Of a stretch of DNA of 64,000 nucleotides, positions 13,051 through 26,767 are shown one piece after another. Positions within the stretch are counted from its first letter, which is position 1. Every line of letters begins with the position of its first letter. The notes under the pieces are model-generated. The model had not been told where the DNA came from. It saw nothing but the letters and a program-made list of their open reading frames with translations, and made no database searches. The DNA is taken from positions 37,634,001-37,698,000 of the forward strand of contig NC_047020.1 of the NCBI RefSeq assembly GCF_902652985.1. The letters are read 5' to 3'. The DNA comes from Pecten maximus. Taxonomy: Eukaryota. The position numbers and the translations under genes are program-made.

Positions 13051-14390
13051 CTGTCTTTTTAAACTGGTTCATTCTATTCATATATAGCATATAACATTGT
13101 TGACTCTGTTCCTCTGAACTTTGTGTTATTTATAAATCCCACGCGGCATACTTTGATGATGATGTAAATACGAAGATATTGCAGAATGCATAAACAATAA
13201 TAGTTTACCAGGATTTAATTTTGTAAGAGTTCAAGCAATCAATTGACCGCAGACTTTGAGTGCAGAAAAAAATGTAATCAAATTAAAATATGGCATCGCT
13301 TTGATAAACACAAAATGATTAATGGATTTTTAAATGTAATTAAAAGTTGACGAGTCTAGCATTAGACATTATCGTACTCACGCTAACTTCCTGTTGCATT
13401 AGTCGCGCATGTCACGCGCTCACGTGCAACTGCGGAGGTTCAAGAGAGGCCTCGATATGGAATTGGCGTTACTAAGTAGGCCCAAGTGACATTGGTATAC
13501 CATTGTCCTCTGGCCTAGTAATGTCAAAACATACAACCAGGGAAATGTTATCATGTATTTCTATTGCTGATCATATCGAATTATGTCGAAAACAAAAATA
13601 CATCTTACAACAGATATTTCCCATTTTACCACGGTAATTATCATTTGATATGGTAATTTACTTACACATCGCTCCCTAGACGTTTCAAATTGCAGATAAG
13701 TTAATATTAAAACTCAGTTGTCCCTTTATAATTGACTGCGGCTATTAGCCGAAAATCGGTTGATGGGATTTTTACACATAGTCAGGGCGTTCTGCTATTT
13801 ATTTTTTTAATTAATGGATGATCTATTGAAAAATCTTTATTGCTGCATTTTAAATCGTGAAAATAGTTTTCACATCAATTCCTAACAATCCATTGTGGAA
13901 AAAAAATTCTCATAATAACATATTGTATTTCAGCATCGTCAACAAAACAACAGCAACATACCATCATTAGGTGTTTAAACCTTTCAAATAAAATCTGATT
14001 ATAGTAAACCAAATCCATACTTAAGTATAAATGTTTTGCCATCCGTGTTCAGTTTTGTACCTTAAATATTTCAAAATGATGTGCATGTACACTATGTACT
14101 ATTTAAAAGATATAACAACTTAAATGTAAATTCAAAATCAAGTATGAGGCCGCTGTATCTATCAGTATTCTTCTGACATATTAAAAAAACATTATTCAAA
14201 TATCAATACATTTGCATGTCGATATTTCCAAGGACGAAAGAAAGCATATACGAACCATATAAAGACTTATATATCAGTACGAATTGAGTTGGGCATAGAG
14301 AGACAGTATGACAACTTCTGTACGTAAATGTTCGTGCCAATTGAGTCCTACTTGGTTCATCATCTGTTTTCTCTACTAACACTCTAAATT

Positions 14391-14678
14391 GGGCTACGAT
14401 AGCTCAGTCGGTTAGAGCGTCGGCCACGTAACCTCAGGTGAAGATCCAGGGTGCGCGGTTCGACTCTCCCTACCCGTGTCGGTTTGCGTTTCTCATGAAG
14501 TTGAGAAACGGGCCGGTTTGTGATGTCGTGGTTGTGTCCTTTGACAAGATACTTTACCTTAATTGCACTAGAGGTCAAGCAACAGGCATCCCGTATATTG
14601 TTCAGTGAGGTACTCACCAACTACTACACGAAGACACCCGTCTAAAATTGATAAACCCAGCAAACAAACAAATAAACA
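14391..14678 (+). mobile_element. tRNA-derived SINE with CORE-like domain
   Basis: Box A tagctcagtcgg (14400-14411), box B ggttcgactc (14457-14466), CORE-like gtgtcctttgacaagatactttacc, (caaa)n tail. Second copy at ~43041. Confidence 0.85.
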
Positions 14679-17600
14679 GACTCACTTTCTTACTATCATT
14701 TGGACTTTCATTTTTGTCTTGGTTAAACTTCTTCATTAAGCATCTACTCAGTTTACAATTTATCTGTGTCTACATGTTAATGACTCTCAGACATCCTTGT
14801 AATAATAATCCGATCTGGTAGTAATGTAGTTGATAATTTTTTTTATTGTTTCTGAATGCCTTTGTCCATAATCGCCGTTAGTGATGTTAAATGTCAACCA
14901 CCGGTGAGGTAGGGTTGCGACTAGTAGTCGTAATAGGCTAATGAGGTAACTGTATTTAGCACGAAGATGCTGAATTAAGAACTTTGAATTAATAAGAATC
15001 AGACAGAAGCCTTTCATAGCCTCCTTTGATCCTCCACGTGTGTTAATATATATATATATAAATAAAGATCGTCTGTGCTGGCCGTGATATTTCAACTTCT
15101 TGCGCTGATTGGTGTCTGGTAAACCGCATCAGTCAAACGAAAAAGGAAATATACAATGTAAAAACGCGACTGTAGATGTTGCTGTATGTACATAACTTTA
15201 TATGACATTGTAATGCACATTGCAGCAGACATATGCTACCTATTACAAATTTCAAAATAATGTGATATTGAAATATGTTTCGAAATATATCTATTATGAT
15301 ACAATGATGTTACCGCAAAAATAATCAAAACATGTTGTGTTTATTTTGTTGAAAAATTAAATCCTGCCTGACGACTGATTTTGATAAATGAGCGGACTAT
15401 CTAAATTATACCTGTATCTTCTTGTTAATAAATATAAAACAAAAGAAAAAATGATGATGGTATGGAACGAAACCAATAACTTGATGGAGCAGATTAGGTG
15501 GTGCATCTATAGACGGCGACAACAATAGAAAGCAAATAAAACTATTAAATCAACATTAAAGTTAACTTTTGCTAAAAAAATATGAGAAAAAACGAAAGAA
15601 AGGAAACAATTCCGGTAGTATAGTTAAGTAAGTTAAAACAATGACAATAAACCATCAAATGCTTTGTTTAAATACTCTAAAAGGAGTTACAACTTAAAAG
15701 CTGAAGTAAAAGCTCCGTGCATGTACTGAATGTGGATGGAAGAGAGCCAATGAATTTAAAATGTGAGATTTCATCACAAATAATAGGAACATGACAACCA
15801 ATATTATAGTTGACTGGGTTCGTTAGATAACCTTCACTAGTCGCCAATCAGTGCCTACGAATCCCACGTGACAACTGTCTGTTAACAGTATCTATGGCGA
15901 CGCTCCCCTCTACTGCCATATGACATGCTTAGATATACTAAACCAGTTAAGTGAAATCTGTAAGATCAGTGTTATACATTCTCAAACAACGGATTCGTCT
16001 AGATGCGTGTACTGGTAGGTTATAATGGGTGATCTGATTTACTGTACAAACAATAAATACAAATACCTTAAATTGCATTGTAGAAAATAATAATAAAATT
16101 CTGGGATGTTTTCCAATTCAAAATTGTCATGCCGCAGAGTGTTTATTTTGTCATCGCGTGACGCAGGTATCTTTCAATCTCTGAAGCTTATTCTAAGAAC
16201 ATTTATCGGAGAAATTTAATTTTAAATTTGATTTGTAGTCAGATATAGATTATTTATGTGTCACGTTCCACAGGAATACAATGTTGTTTTGTTATCTGTA
16301 CGAATGGGAAGATTGCAATATGATGCAATATGAATGTGTTGTGAGATATCGATTCAAAGTCCATTTTGGAGTGAAAAGAGACACGAGCTTACAAAAGAAC
16401 AACGCCATTCCGAATATTTCTGATAAAAAAATATTGAAATTTCATACGTAAATTTTGGAAAATTAACCAAAGTAAATGAAATAAGGCAAAGTTGGAATGA
16501 TTCTGATAATTTCATTTTAAGTTGAGAAATGCTTGACACTAGAAATATTTGATTAGTTAAGTAATTTGCATTTTGAGCGTGAATATGGTTCATTATATAA
16601 CTCTATTTTACCCCATAACTACGCTTGTTCCAAAGCTACAGTGTGCTATTGTTAACCTCTGACCTTTGACTACGGACAATTGTTAATACTCTCAGCTAAA
16701 CGTTTTCCTGTCGTCAATCTGGACAAGTTTGTGGATTTACCTATGTCAACTTTGGCATGACTGGGTGAAGGATGTCCTAATGGAAAGGTTTATTAATCTT
16801 TGGTTTGAGTCGTAAGAAATAAACTTTGATGGTAAAATAGACTATACGAAGTGAGATATCGTATTGATCAAGGCGAACTAAAACTGACACCCAACCCTTG
16901 TAATTCTTGATATGCAGAGGGCATCGAAAGCCATTAATGGGAACAACAAAGCATAGCATAATAATTGTAAAATGTACGACAACACGGTTGAAAAGCTGTC
17001 CGTAATTGTAATCATTTTAATGAAACCAAGGCGGCATCTCATTTAAATAACGTAGGCCTTAGCCTCCAGCTTCCCTTTCCCAGATACAGTGGTACTGTAG
17101 GTCTGTGTCACTCGGTACGAAATATTGTCACCAACAGTGAAAAAACAACAGCAACACTTTATAGGTGCATTTATCATGATGGCATAAACTTGTATTTTAA
17201 GTGAGATGGAATAGATTTCCCCAAGAATTTCAGCAGCGGCCAATTTCCCAACACTTTTAACGCAAATTATCAGCTGGCTTCAAGAACGGCTTTTTTCCGG
17301 GCTGTTAGTTTATGGGATCTATTCTATATCGGGAATACTGTCATGAAAATAGTTGCTATAACGTGATATCTCATGACAAACTATCTGTCCCGTTAAAGCT
17401 TCACCGTGACCACCATACGATAGCCCTATAATACCACTGATTTACCGCTTCCAAGAAATCTTGCGTGACAATCAGTGGACAATGCAAACGAAAGACTAAT
17501 TACAGCTAAAGGGGTTAAAAGAGCAAAATGTTGTTACTTTAATGTAGCTTCCGCCCGTATTTGTTTTATTGTTTCGTAGATGTGGGTTTGCCCTGTATAT

Positions 17601-18593
17601 AAAAAACGTTTTAAGATTGTATATTGATAATGCTCTTATTTTGATGTTACGAAATGAATTGGAATTCATGTTTGCATTATCTTTGTGAATACATGACATG
17701 CTTATGGCTCATAATTAGTATTTTGTGGATAATCCAGGGTAATTCTACAAATTGGCTAGCATTATAAACCGTACTTTACCCTGCAAACAGTGCAAATAAT
17801 CTTATATAATTAATGTAATGCTTGTAAATGTACACGCCACATGGGACCGACGGTATGACAGCGCTCCACGCTACGTAAAGTACACTCGGCAAGCTCGTCC
17901 TATGTAGTACAAATACATGAATCGTTATTAAGTTCATAATAGTCAGAACTCCATACGAACAAGAGAGCCAACAAAACCTAATAAGATCCTTCCTGTGAGA
18001 ATCAGGTATAGGTGATTTTCGATTGTAGGATTAAGATTGAGGCTTTTGATTGGTCGATTTGTACCAATGAAAATGCACATCACAATTTACAAACATACTT
18101 TTTATGTTTTACATGCACACATTAAATAGAACTTTTCGAATTTTCAGTATCAAATGAAAATGTCACCTGACGGTGGCTGCCAAGAATGAGTGTACCACAT
18201 AAATCAAAAGGGAAGCAAATGGGCATGCCTAAAATCTCATTTGATGAAGCATAACTCAAGATGACCCGACAGATTATAAGCTGACAGTGAAGATTAATGT
18301 ACAATCAACCGTCCCAGAGTGCTCGGTTTATTGGCTTATTCTGGTAATTCTGGAACTTTCCAAGATTAAGCTGAAATTAAAATTGTATGTAAAGCCGTGG
18401 TAACTACAGCGGGGACGAGGCAGCTATAACCAATCCTCTTTCGCGAAATAACTGTAAAACTTAAAACGTACTCGGAGGTAAACATGATGTAAGCCGTCAT
18501 AACTCTGTAACTGGTTTCCGGGAGAGATATATGCAGGTATTTTAACTGGGATAAGACTTATTCAACGAATACACAGTATTTATAATTATCAAA

Positions 18594-18828
18594 TACTGCA
18601 TAGTTGGTAGTTTTTGCGGAGGATTTAATTTCGCTAAATTCGCGGTTATTAAATAAAGCCCGAAAATAAATCCTTAGCGCGAATATTCATAAATACTCTG
18701 AAATGTATACAAATTTTCACTGCAAATGCTTACAAGGTGGTGTTGTGTGAAATATTTTATTCCCGAACTAGATCTGACTGGGACAAACGCGAAATATTAT
18801 CCCCGCGAAATTTTACAACTATACAGTA
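18594..18828. mobile_element. MITE with imperfect ~29-bp TIRs (tactgy...rcagta)
   Basis: Left tactgcatagttggtagtttttgcggagga vs right tccccgcgaaattttacaactatacagta, with TA at both ends. Related copies at 20795 and 34571. Confidence 0.75.
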
Positions 18829-20256
18829 AACTGATATGACTAATTAATTGATTATCTTAAAGCTGACTTTCTCAATAATTTCACATTACTTGGGCATCCT
18901 ATATATGTGATCAAAACTGAACGTGTACCATGCATACAGACAATAGCTCTGTCCATATGTCGTGTAGATCCTCAAATTACATGTGAGGAAGCTATCGAGT
19001 GTCATGACGTCATTAACTATCTAATGAAAAGTGTGCTTCCAAAAGGTTACCCATCAAATACCAGTAATTAATTAGAAGCACGCCCACCACCAAACACCCA
19101 CATTGTCCTCCCTCTTATAGGATAGGGATGTCTTCTGCCATTAGCGACATACCTGAGAGCGTTGCATAGTCCGACATTGATGGTTCTGACATTAACTCAC
19201 ACATTCCCAGTTGTACAACAGACTCTCCCCTGGGTACATCTGATGAGAACCGTCACTCTCGTATTCCAGGTTTCCCTACATCCTAGAAGATTGATCGACC
19301 AGGGTTAAGATAAATAATTTCAAGAGAAATTCCGGCGCTTCCTTATTTTTGTCTTCCATTTATCATTCACCTATATAAACACATAACCGGAAGTGACCTA
19401 GATCCGCATGGTGGGCATGGTCGATGATGCAGAAGACGCTTTACTTCAGGAACACACGGTCCTGTTCTTGTCCTTTATAGTTTTAATGTCGATTTCCTCA
19501 GCTGTTACGCTTATCTATACATCTTCGTTTAGTGATGTGATACTGGCATATGAATAGTTTTGCAAAATAAATAAATTAATAAATAAATTGATTAATAAAT
19601 AAATAGACGCATTAACACCAAAACTTACATTAATTGTGTCTGATCCCTTTAAATTAGCTAACAATATCATGAACGCTTACCATCTTCCTTACCATAGATT
19701 TTCGGGAGATAGGTCTGACTTATATCATGAAGTCATTTTTTACTAAAGCACATGCTAACAACCCGCGCATTTTTCTTTCATTGTACACAAAGAACATTTT
19801 AATGAGATCATGACATTATTTGATCGAAGGACTAGAGTGTATTAACCTTGGACGAAGTCTGAGATACATATTTTTATTGTTCGTAAAGAATAATATTGAT
19901 TAGAATTATATGTCATGCCTGTTTCATTTTGACATGCTGGGTGATGTTATCGACTGATGAAAATATCGACTTATAATTATTTTTAGGTCGTCAAACTTAT
20001 GTAATGACCTATATCAAAGGGCCTAACTTGTTTTGATGAAATTTTATGTTACAGTAATATTGAACCATTGGCAAATTTTTTTTTAAAATCAAAGAAATTG
20101 ATGAGTTTTAATTGCAGAACGTTATGTATGATGGCAGTTGTCAATCTTACATCATATTGATTAGTGTCACAAGCGAACTGTCAATTTCGCCTGCATGGTA
20201 ACCTGCTTATCTAAAAAAATATTTCTATAGCGATTTTATCGAAACATTTATTGCTA

Positions 20257-20482
20257 CGCCCCTAGTGTTTTGTGGTGAGACTTTGTCTTTCACATAGGCA
20301 TCCGGGGTTCGATGACCCGATCGGACGTGAAAAAAGTATTTGGCCTTCTGCCCGACGACGCGGATTTTATCTGTGTACTCTTATTTCCTCCTATATTTAG
20401 ACCCCTCGTTCGTTTTCATCCGGGCAACAAGAGTGATTCATATAACATGGCGTAACGTTTAAATTGTTTAGAAATAAATAAA
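20257..20482 (+). mobile_element. Decayed tRNA-derived SINE (third family)
   Basis: Box A-like tagtgttttgtggtga, box B ggttcgatgacc (20306), decayed core gcggattttatctgtgtactcttatttcctcc, aaataaataaaa tail. Confidence 0.6.
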
Positions 20483-20794
20483 ATTTACCTTTTACTAAGT
20501 CCCTTTTTTGACATTGAAAAAACACCCTTTAAATATAACTGGAACAGTGATATACCTGTATTATCACTACATATTTATATATATATATATATGTGCTTTA
20601 AGTTTGCAACGTACAATAAACACGTATTGCATGATCTTTAAAAACTATTTTATATCCAAAATGACGATAATCTATATTTGTTGAATTGTGGAGTAACCTC
20701 ATATATATTTGAACATGTGCTCTGGCCAATTATGCTTGCCTTTCCTTCCACACAACATCACTGACGAGCCTTAGAACTGCATTTTGCATTTATA

Positions 20795-21028
20795 TACTGA
20801 ATATTTGATAATATTCGCGGGCGTCTTAATTTCGCTATATTCGCGGATGTTAAATATTGAATGAAAATACAAACCCAGCAAATATCGATATATACAAACA
20901 AATGTATAAAGGTGTTTACTACATAATGCTTACAAGGTGCATTTGCGCAAAACTTTATACCCTCGAACCAGGTCTGACTGTGACAACCGTAAAATATTAA
21001 CCCTGCGAAATTTAACAACTCATCAATA
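20795..21028. mobile_element. Diverged copy of the 18594 MITE family, ~190 bp upstream of the first visible CARP exon
   Basis: Shares ttaatttcgcta.attcgcgg, atgcttacaaggtg, tctgactg.gacaa and gcgaaattt.acaact with 18594-18828. Confidence 0.7.
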
Positions 21029-21216
21029 CTCATTATTCGGCATAATGCGTCCACTACTGGGTTTATACCAAGGTGTTGCTCTCTTGTGTGTCTTGGTACT
21101 GTCTATATAACTCTCACAGACAGATCAAGGTACACTTGTGTGACATTGGAGTCGAGATGTGTTGATATGTCAAAGGTGGTATCTCTAAATGTTTTGTATA
21201 TTATTTTATTTTTCAG

Positions 21217-21312
21217 ATACAAATAGTTGGTTATAACGGAGAATTATACACAAATGCATCACAAGCTCTCCTGTCGCCACACGGATTGGCGGCAATATCT
21301 GTTATGGCCATG
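21217..21312 (+). CDS. CA10: CARP/CA10-like exon (96 nt, phase 0/0): IQIVGYNGELYTNASQALLSPHGLAAISVMAM
   Basis: Acceptor ttattttatttttcag, donor gtaagt. Resembles CA10 [24 protein letters not shown]. Gln occupies the third Zn-ligand His position; N-glycosylation sequon NAS. Confidence 0.92.
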
Positions 21313-22757
21313 GTAAGTTGTTAGGTCTAGGGGAGAATATAACATTCTTCCGGCGATTGATTCTCATTAGTTTCTGCAGAAACCATTGTTTTGTTTTTGT
21401 AATTATTCATATACAACGATTGCTTTCTACGATACAAATATGATATATTACTGTCTAGTATTAAATTGTTTTAAGATGTATTCAAATAAATTGATATAAA
21501 TTTAATTATTTTAGAAGTGTTATTCAAAATCGTGATTTATTCTTTCAATTGGCCATCGAATCTTGTCGACAATCAGTGGTCAGTGCCTCGTCGTCTGCTA
21601 ATTTGTACAACTAAACCAAAACTCAACCCGACGGTCTACAATACATTTTTTATGCTACAATATATGAATACTGTGCTCATAATTTAGTGATCTAGAGCGA
21701 CACTAAAAGCGAAAGAGTGGACAGAATGCATATGTATATAAGAATAAACCAAAACTCACACAAACACATCAAACAATAACAAGTATAAAACAAACGATTT
21801 AAATAGTAAAGTCTGAAGACGTTTAACAGTATGATCTTGCACAGCGTGAAGAGTATTGTGTAGTTCTAAAGGAAATATATACTATGCCTGTAGTTTTATT
21901 GTGCACTTGTAATTGCATTAATACGTTAAAGCACCTAGTGACTTTCATCCAAATTAAAATAACGTTTGGGTTACAATGGATCGTATCAGAACAATACTCC
22001 TGAATATAATTTCAGTTTAATTGATTTAAAAATATCACTCAGACAGTTGGGACAACAGAACCATGCCTAGTAAAGCTCGCTCTTTTATCGATTCGTCTGT
22101 GAGCAGACGACAGTTATTTGACCTATTTGTTTTAACTACCTGTGTCACATCGACAAACAACCGAGATGTCAATTTTTCTTTGATGTATTGACCACATTCA
22201 GACATATTCGACATGTTGCTCCAACAAAACAAAACATGATTATTTCAATTAAATATTTGTTAGCTTAATTACATCCGGTACATTATGATATTTCACGTCA
22301 TATATTCAACAAACATTCCAATAGACTTTCCTGTCACATGATATTCATTTTCATTCAAATTGTGATACGTTTTTAGTTTACTTATGGACATATTATTGGC
22401 GAAAATTCGATAAAATAATTCGGGTGAAAAATGTCATCAAGTTGACTGGTTTTCTCAAATTGGTATCATCTATCCTGAAGTATCTTCCTATATGTCTTTT
22501 CTGCTGGCCGTATTGATTAGCATTACAGGAGGTCGTCTGCAGGTGGTATTCAAAACTATCTTACAAAATACATTTATCGACGTAACGATCTTAATTAAGT
22601 CGAACTACAATTATGATTTGTTTGGTGACCGGCGGGGTGTAACGAGACAATTTAAATTAACGTCAAAGAAAAACCGTCAATACTGTAGTTACGTCACAGC
22701 AGTATAACAATGTATTGTATTGATGCTATGCAAAAGTATCTATTTTTGTTCTTTAAG

Positions 22758-22824
22758 GTGACAGAATCAGGAAACGAACATTTTGGACAACTTGTTGACA
22801 TGTCAAAAAGTATTCAGCATAGAG
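22758..22824 (+). CDS. CA10: CARP/CA10-like exon (67 nt, phase 0/1): VTESGNEHFGQLVDMSKSIQHR(G)
   Basis: Acceptor tttttgttctttaag, donor gtttgt. Length and phase exactly bridge the flanking exons and the peptide fits the alpha-CA 'N..l..l....I' helix. Confidence 0.85.
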
Positions 22825-23407
22825 GTTTGTAATTCTAGTATGATGTTTAAATGCAATGATAGCAACTACAGAGTCCTAATTTCAATTTGGATACATTTTC
22901 GAAAGAAATCAGAACTCGGATCGAAGACAAGAAAACAAAATAGAAGTACATTTATCATGAGTATCTGTTGTGTATAATACGCCTCCACTTTCCTTCGTTG
23001 TGATTTATGTTGTTATATTCTCCTTTCAAATTTATTTCAACTCGCCTTCATATTACTATAAGAAGAAAACAAAAAAAGTTTAAATACACAAGAGAATAGA
23101 TAAAAAATTTGAAATATCAAAGAGCGATTGAAATGTCAAGATTCCCTTGTGGTTTTGATTAATGATTATATTCAAGTTTTTTGTAAAGCAATTTTGGTAA
23201 AAAGCACAACACTATTGAAGTCAAATATCAAAGGGAAGCCACTCTTGACATTTTCGTCAGAATGTTCGGGTGATTTAAACACTAATGTGGAGACCAATAC
23301 TAATCACGATAAATTGCAAATGAAAGAGATAATAAGAAATGAAATGATTGGTTACATGAGGTTGACTGCTAATTAGACTCTGCATGTGATTTTTATTTCT
23401 GTTTTAG

Positions 23408-23562
23408 GAATGCAAAAAGACATACAAGGGTTTTCCGTATCACAAATGTTGCCTACGTCAGATTACTTCATTACGTATGAGGGGTCACTCACACAACCTG
23501 GCTGTCACGAGACGGTCACGTGGATAATATTGAATAAGCCTATACATGTATCAAAAGATCAG
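23408..23562 (+). CDS. CA10: CARP/CA10-like exon (155 nt, phase 1/0) with YFITYEGSLTQPGCHETVTWII
   Basis: Acceptor tttctgttttag, donor gtaagt. Carries the hallmark alpha-CA motif; lies inside ORF 23386..23598. Confidence 0.96.
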
Positions 23563-25799
23563 GTAAGTTTTATATCTATATTTACTAGTTGTAAATAGAT
23601 AGACCAAATCGACCATTTCTGATAAAGGAAAACATTCGAACAACCAATTGCAATCTGAAGCCCGACGTTAATGACATCAGCGACCCAAACAAAATCAGAT
23701 ATTCGTTTTGAACGTGACGGACAATAGCGCGATTTCGAGAAAAAAAAACAGTACTTCATATTGTTTCTTACTGACGTCACATTTCTCATAACTATTGAAA
23801 AATAGACGGTTACATAGCCGAAACATCATACTATTGTGAAGATTTGTAGGGATTGCAAGCCTCTTATCTGCAGGCCCTCAGTTAGCAGATTATTCACATC
23901 GAACCGTATGAGTCAAATGTTACGAATTACCAGAATATTAGGCACTGGTTTACGGAACATTTTCAAAACAATCGGACAGAAAGTGCAGTGACGTAGCGCG
24001 GATAACTCTGTGATTTACCACGACTGAAAACAAAATATTCCCAAATGGATTTGATATCGTGACTCTGAGCCATCTCAAACATATAAGAAACATATACAGA
24101 GAACGGGTACCGAGCCGCAATCTTTATCACGTCATAGAATGACTAGCAAAAAAGGTTACATTCCATCTATATTACGAGACATTAGCGCAACGCTTGCATT
24201 GGTGCAACAGCTTGTCCCAATAGAGTTAAACATGCGGCAGTAAACATTGCGTTCGTGCAAACGTATCCGCGGTAGGATATGACCTGCGTATTAACATGTA
24301 TTATGGAGCATGTGCATGTTTTAATTGTAACTAGTCCTTAATACACTCAATATACAACTTCCTAAGAATTTAGATATTTGAATCGCCTTTGTACAGTATG
24401 CTGCGGACCCAACTCTGCGGGGATTGTTGACATCACTAATTACTTCCGTCTAATGTCATTGTAACTGAATTACAATGCCAATAAACACGATCAACTACTG
24501 CACAAAGTACATTATATCTAGACCATAGGAAATGTAATCAACTGTTTTTTTTATATTCGAGAAACTTTTTTTTTATTTTCTACAATTTGATATGCTAAAT
24601 GTTATTAATGGTAGATTGATTACGCCAGGATATGTCCTTAAAATACCATTAAACAACTCAGATTAGACAAATGATGATAGCGTTATTCCTGAGGTAACAC
24701 ATATATCACGCCATTTTGAATTTAACTGTCGTTAACGTCAGTGAAATGAGCATTTAGCGTGTTACAGTGACTGATTCATTTGTTAATGTATTTGTCTTGG
24801 TGAATTGAAACTGATGTGCGCATATATATCGGGACGTTTTAAACATCCATGTTAGGTTTTTCGTTCGTCATCGGCCATCATGGTTCCATTATTTTTAACA
24901 ATTACAAGTTTATACATACTTTATTAAATGAATGGTGTATTTTTTTTTATATCTATCGTATCTTTGTAGGGTCTTAATGGATACGTGATTGTATCTGATA
25001 TATCATACCATATTTTTCTTAATAAATGTAAACCAGGAATGCTTACTGTTTAGGAAGTACGGCTTTAAAAGTTAAAATTTCATATTTCATCACGAATAAG
25101 TTCCACGAACAACTTTCAAAGAACGACACAACACTCCACGTGCAAAAAGCCAACATACGTATAGACTTTAAAGTGGATATCAACACCAAACACCCATACC
25201 AAAACCAGTTATATATATTCCAGTTACAAGGATGACAATATTATATATCCAATTAATTCTATTATGAACTGTTTTATCGTTTTATACTGGCTTAAAACGG
25301 AAAAAATGCACAGTTTCGTATTTGATAGTGTTTGCTGTAATTTTGTTGTTTTCCTGACACTTTCTATTATTAAATATGATATATTTTATTGACTACAATG
25401 TATTGTATTATTTGATTTAGGCACATGTAAATAATATGGAGACTTTGCATAAAACGTATGCTATATCCAAAAAGAGACGAAGGCTATTGCGTGGTTCAAT
25501 TAAGTGGAAGTACACATGGTCGTAATAGCTGTTATTGTTTGAATCATCTTGTGTTATTTCCGCATCAGCTTATAAATATTTTACCAAATTGGTAATCCTA
25601 TCTGTTTAAAGACGTGAGCTGTAATCGCTACCTCTTCGTTTGGTAGGATGTTGTGGTGTGACAATCACGCAATTCACACATTAACTATGGGAAACATGAT
25701 AGACGCAAAACGAAGCTCAAAGCACTCATACCGTGTTAATAACACGATCCATTATATATATAGCATATACTGCAACATGAAAAGGATGTGTGTCCCAAA

Positions 25800-26267
25800 G
25801 CCTGTATCCGGCTCTTTGTATTATTGGTTTCTCCGTTAGGAATGATGTGTCCATGTCTTTCCCGCATAGTTCGTCTATGCTGTAAGCATATATCATATAA
25901 TATCTCCCATAGTATAGTAAGTCTATAAACAGCCAGTATCCTGCTCTTTGTCTTCTTGGTTGCTCTGCTTGAAATGTTGTGTCCATGTCCTTTTCCCATA
26001 GTTTGTCTATGTTCTAGGCATATAGCATATACTCTCTCCCATATTACAGTTAGTCTATAAGAAGCCAGTATCCTGCTTTGTCTTCTTGGTTTCTCTTATT
26101 GAAATGGTGTGTCCAGGTTTCTCACATAGTTCGTCTATGTTGTAAGCATATAACATAGAATATATCACATAGTAAGACTATGATAAGCTGGTATCCTGTT
26201 CTTTGTATTCTTGGTTTCTCCGATTGAAATGGTGTGTCCATGTCTTTCTCCCATACTAAGTCTATGC
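25800..26267. repeat. ~130-bp tandem repeat, ~3.5 diverged copies (CARP intron)
   Basis: tgtgtcca(t/g)gt...catag...gtctat...gtatcctg...tcttggtt...ttgaaat recurs at about 25846, 25978, 26107 and 26233. Confidence 0.85.
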
Positions 26268-26767
26268 TTTATTGCTGAATTTTGTTACAATGGACGTTAT
26301 TTGGTTTTGATCGGATGTGAGTGCTTTGTGGGGTGACGGAATGAGAGGTAAAGGGGGTTGTAAAATGATGCTTAATTTGTCCCTAATAGGGGAAAGGATT
26401 ATTTGATAGGGTTGTATACACAGACAGGGTTAGGGTAAAACTGAAATTGTTCATTTCAGTCTTTAGAATGTGTTGTTACGGTTAAATATGCAAGGAAAAT
26501 TACCTTCATGATAAAACAACAGATGACATACAATAGTATAAACCAGAGTAAGATTATATATCTAGATATCCAAAATATGGAACAAGTGAACATTCTTAAA
26601 ATAAAGAATACGATACGATAAGAGTACAATATGCCAAAATAGTTACATATGCATAACCGTATTACTTCTTCAAGATGCATGTAGAACATGGGGTAACGGA
26701 GCAACATGTAACTGAAACAAGAAACCATTTTTTATGGATGGGGGATCCCATACCTTTTAACAAATAT

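Noticed and set aside
10530-13062. Y/R/V/C-rich and hydrophobic ORFs
   Set aside because: Overlapping frames generated by the 42-bp and 25-bp arrays; no coding signature.
14391-14470. tRNA gene
   Set aside because: Boxes A and B are present but the acceptor stem does not close, and the sequence continues into a SINE body and tail that recur at 43041.
16344-16420. RYRFKVHFG frame as the missing upstream CARP exon
   Set aside because: No following GSEH motif and no suitable splice donor; probably coincidental.
19201-19275. 75-nt minus-strand exon-like segment GNLEYESDGSHQMYPGESLLYNWEC with a gtgagt donor (faint multicopper-oxidase PGES..Y.W resemblance)
   Set aside because: Weak acceptor, no partner exons found, and the similarity is too short to support.
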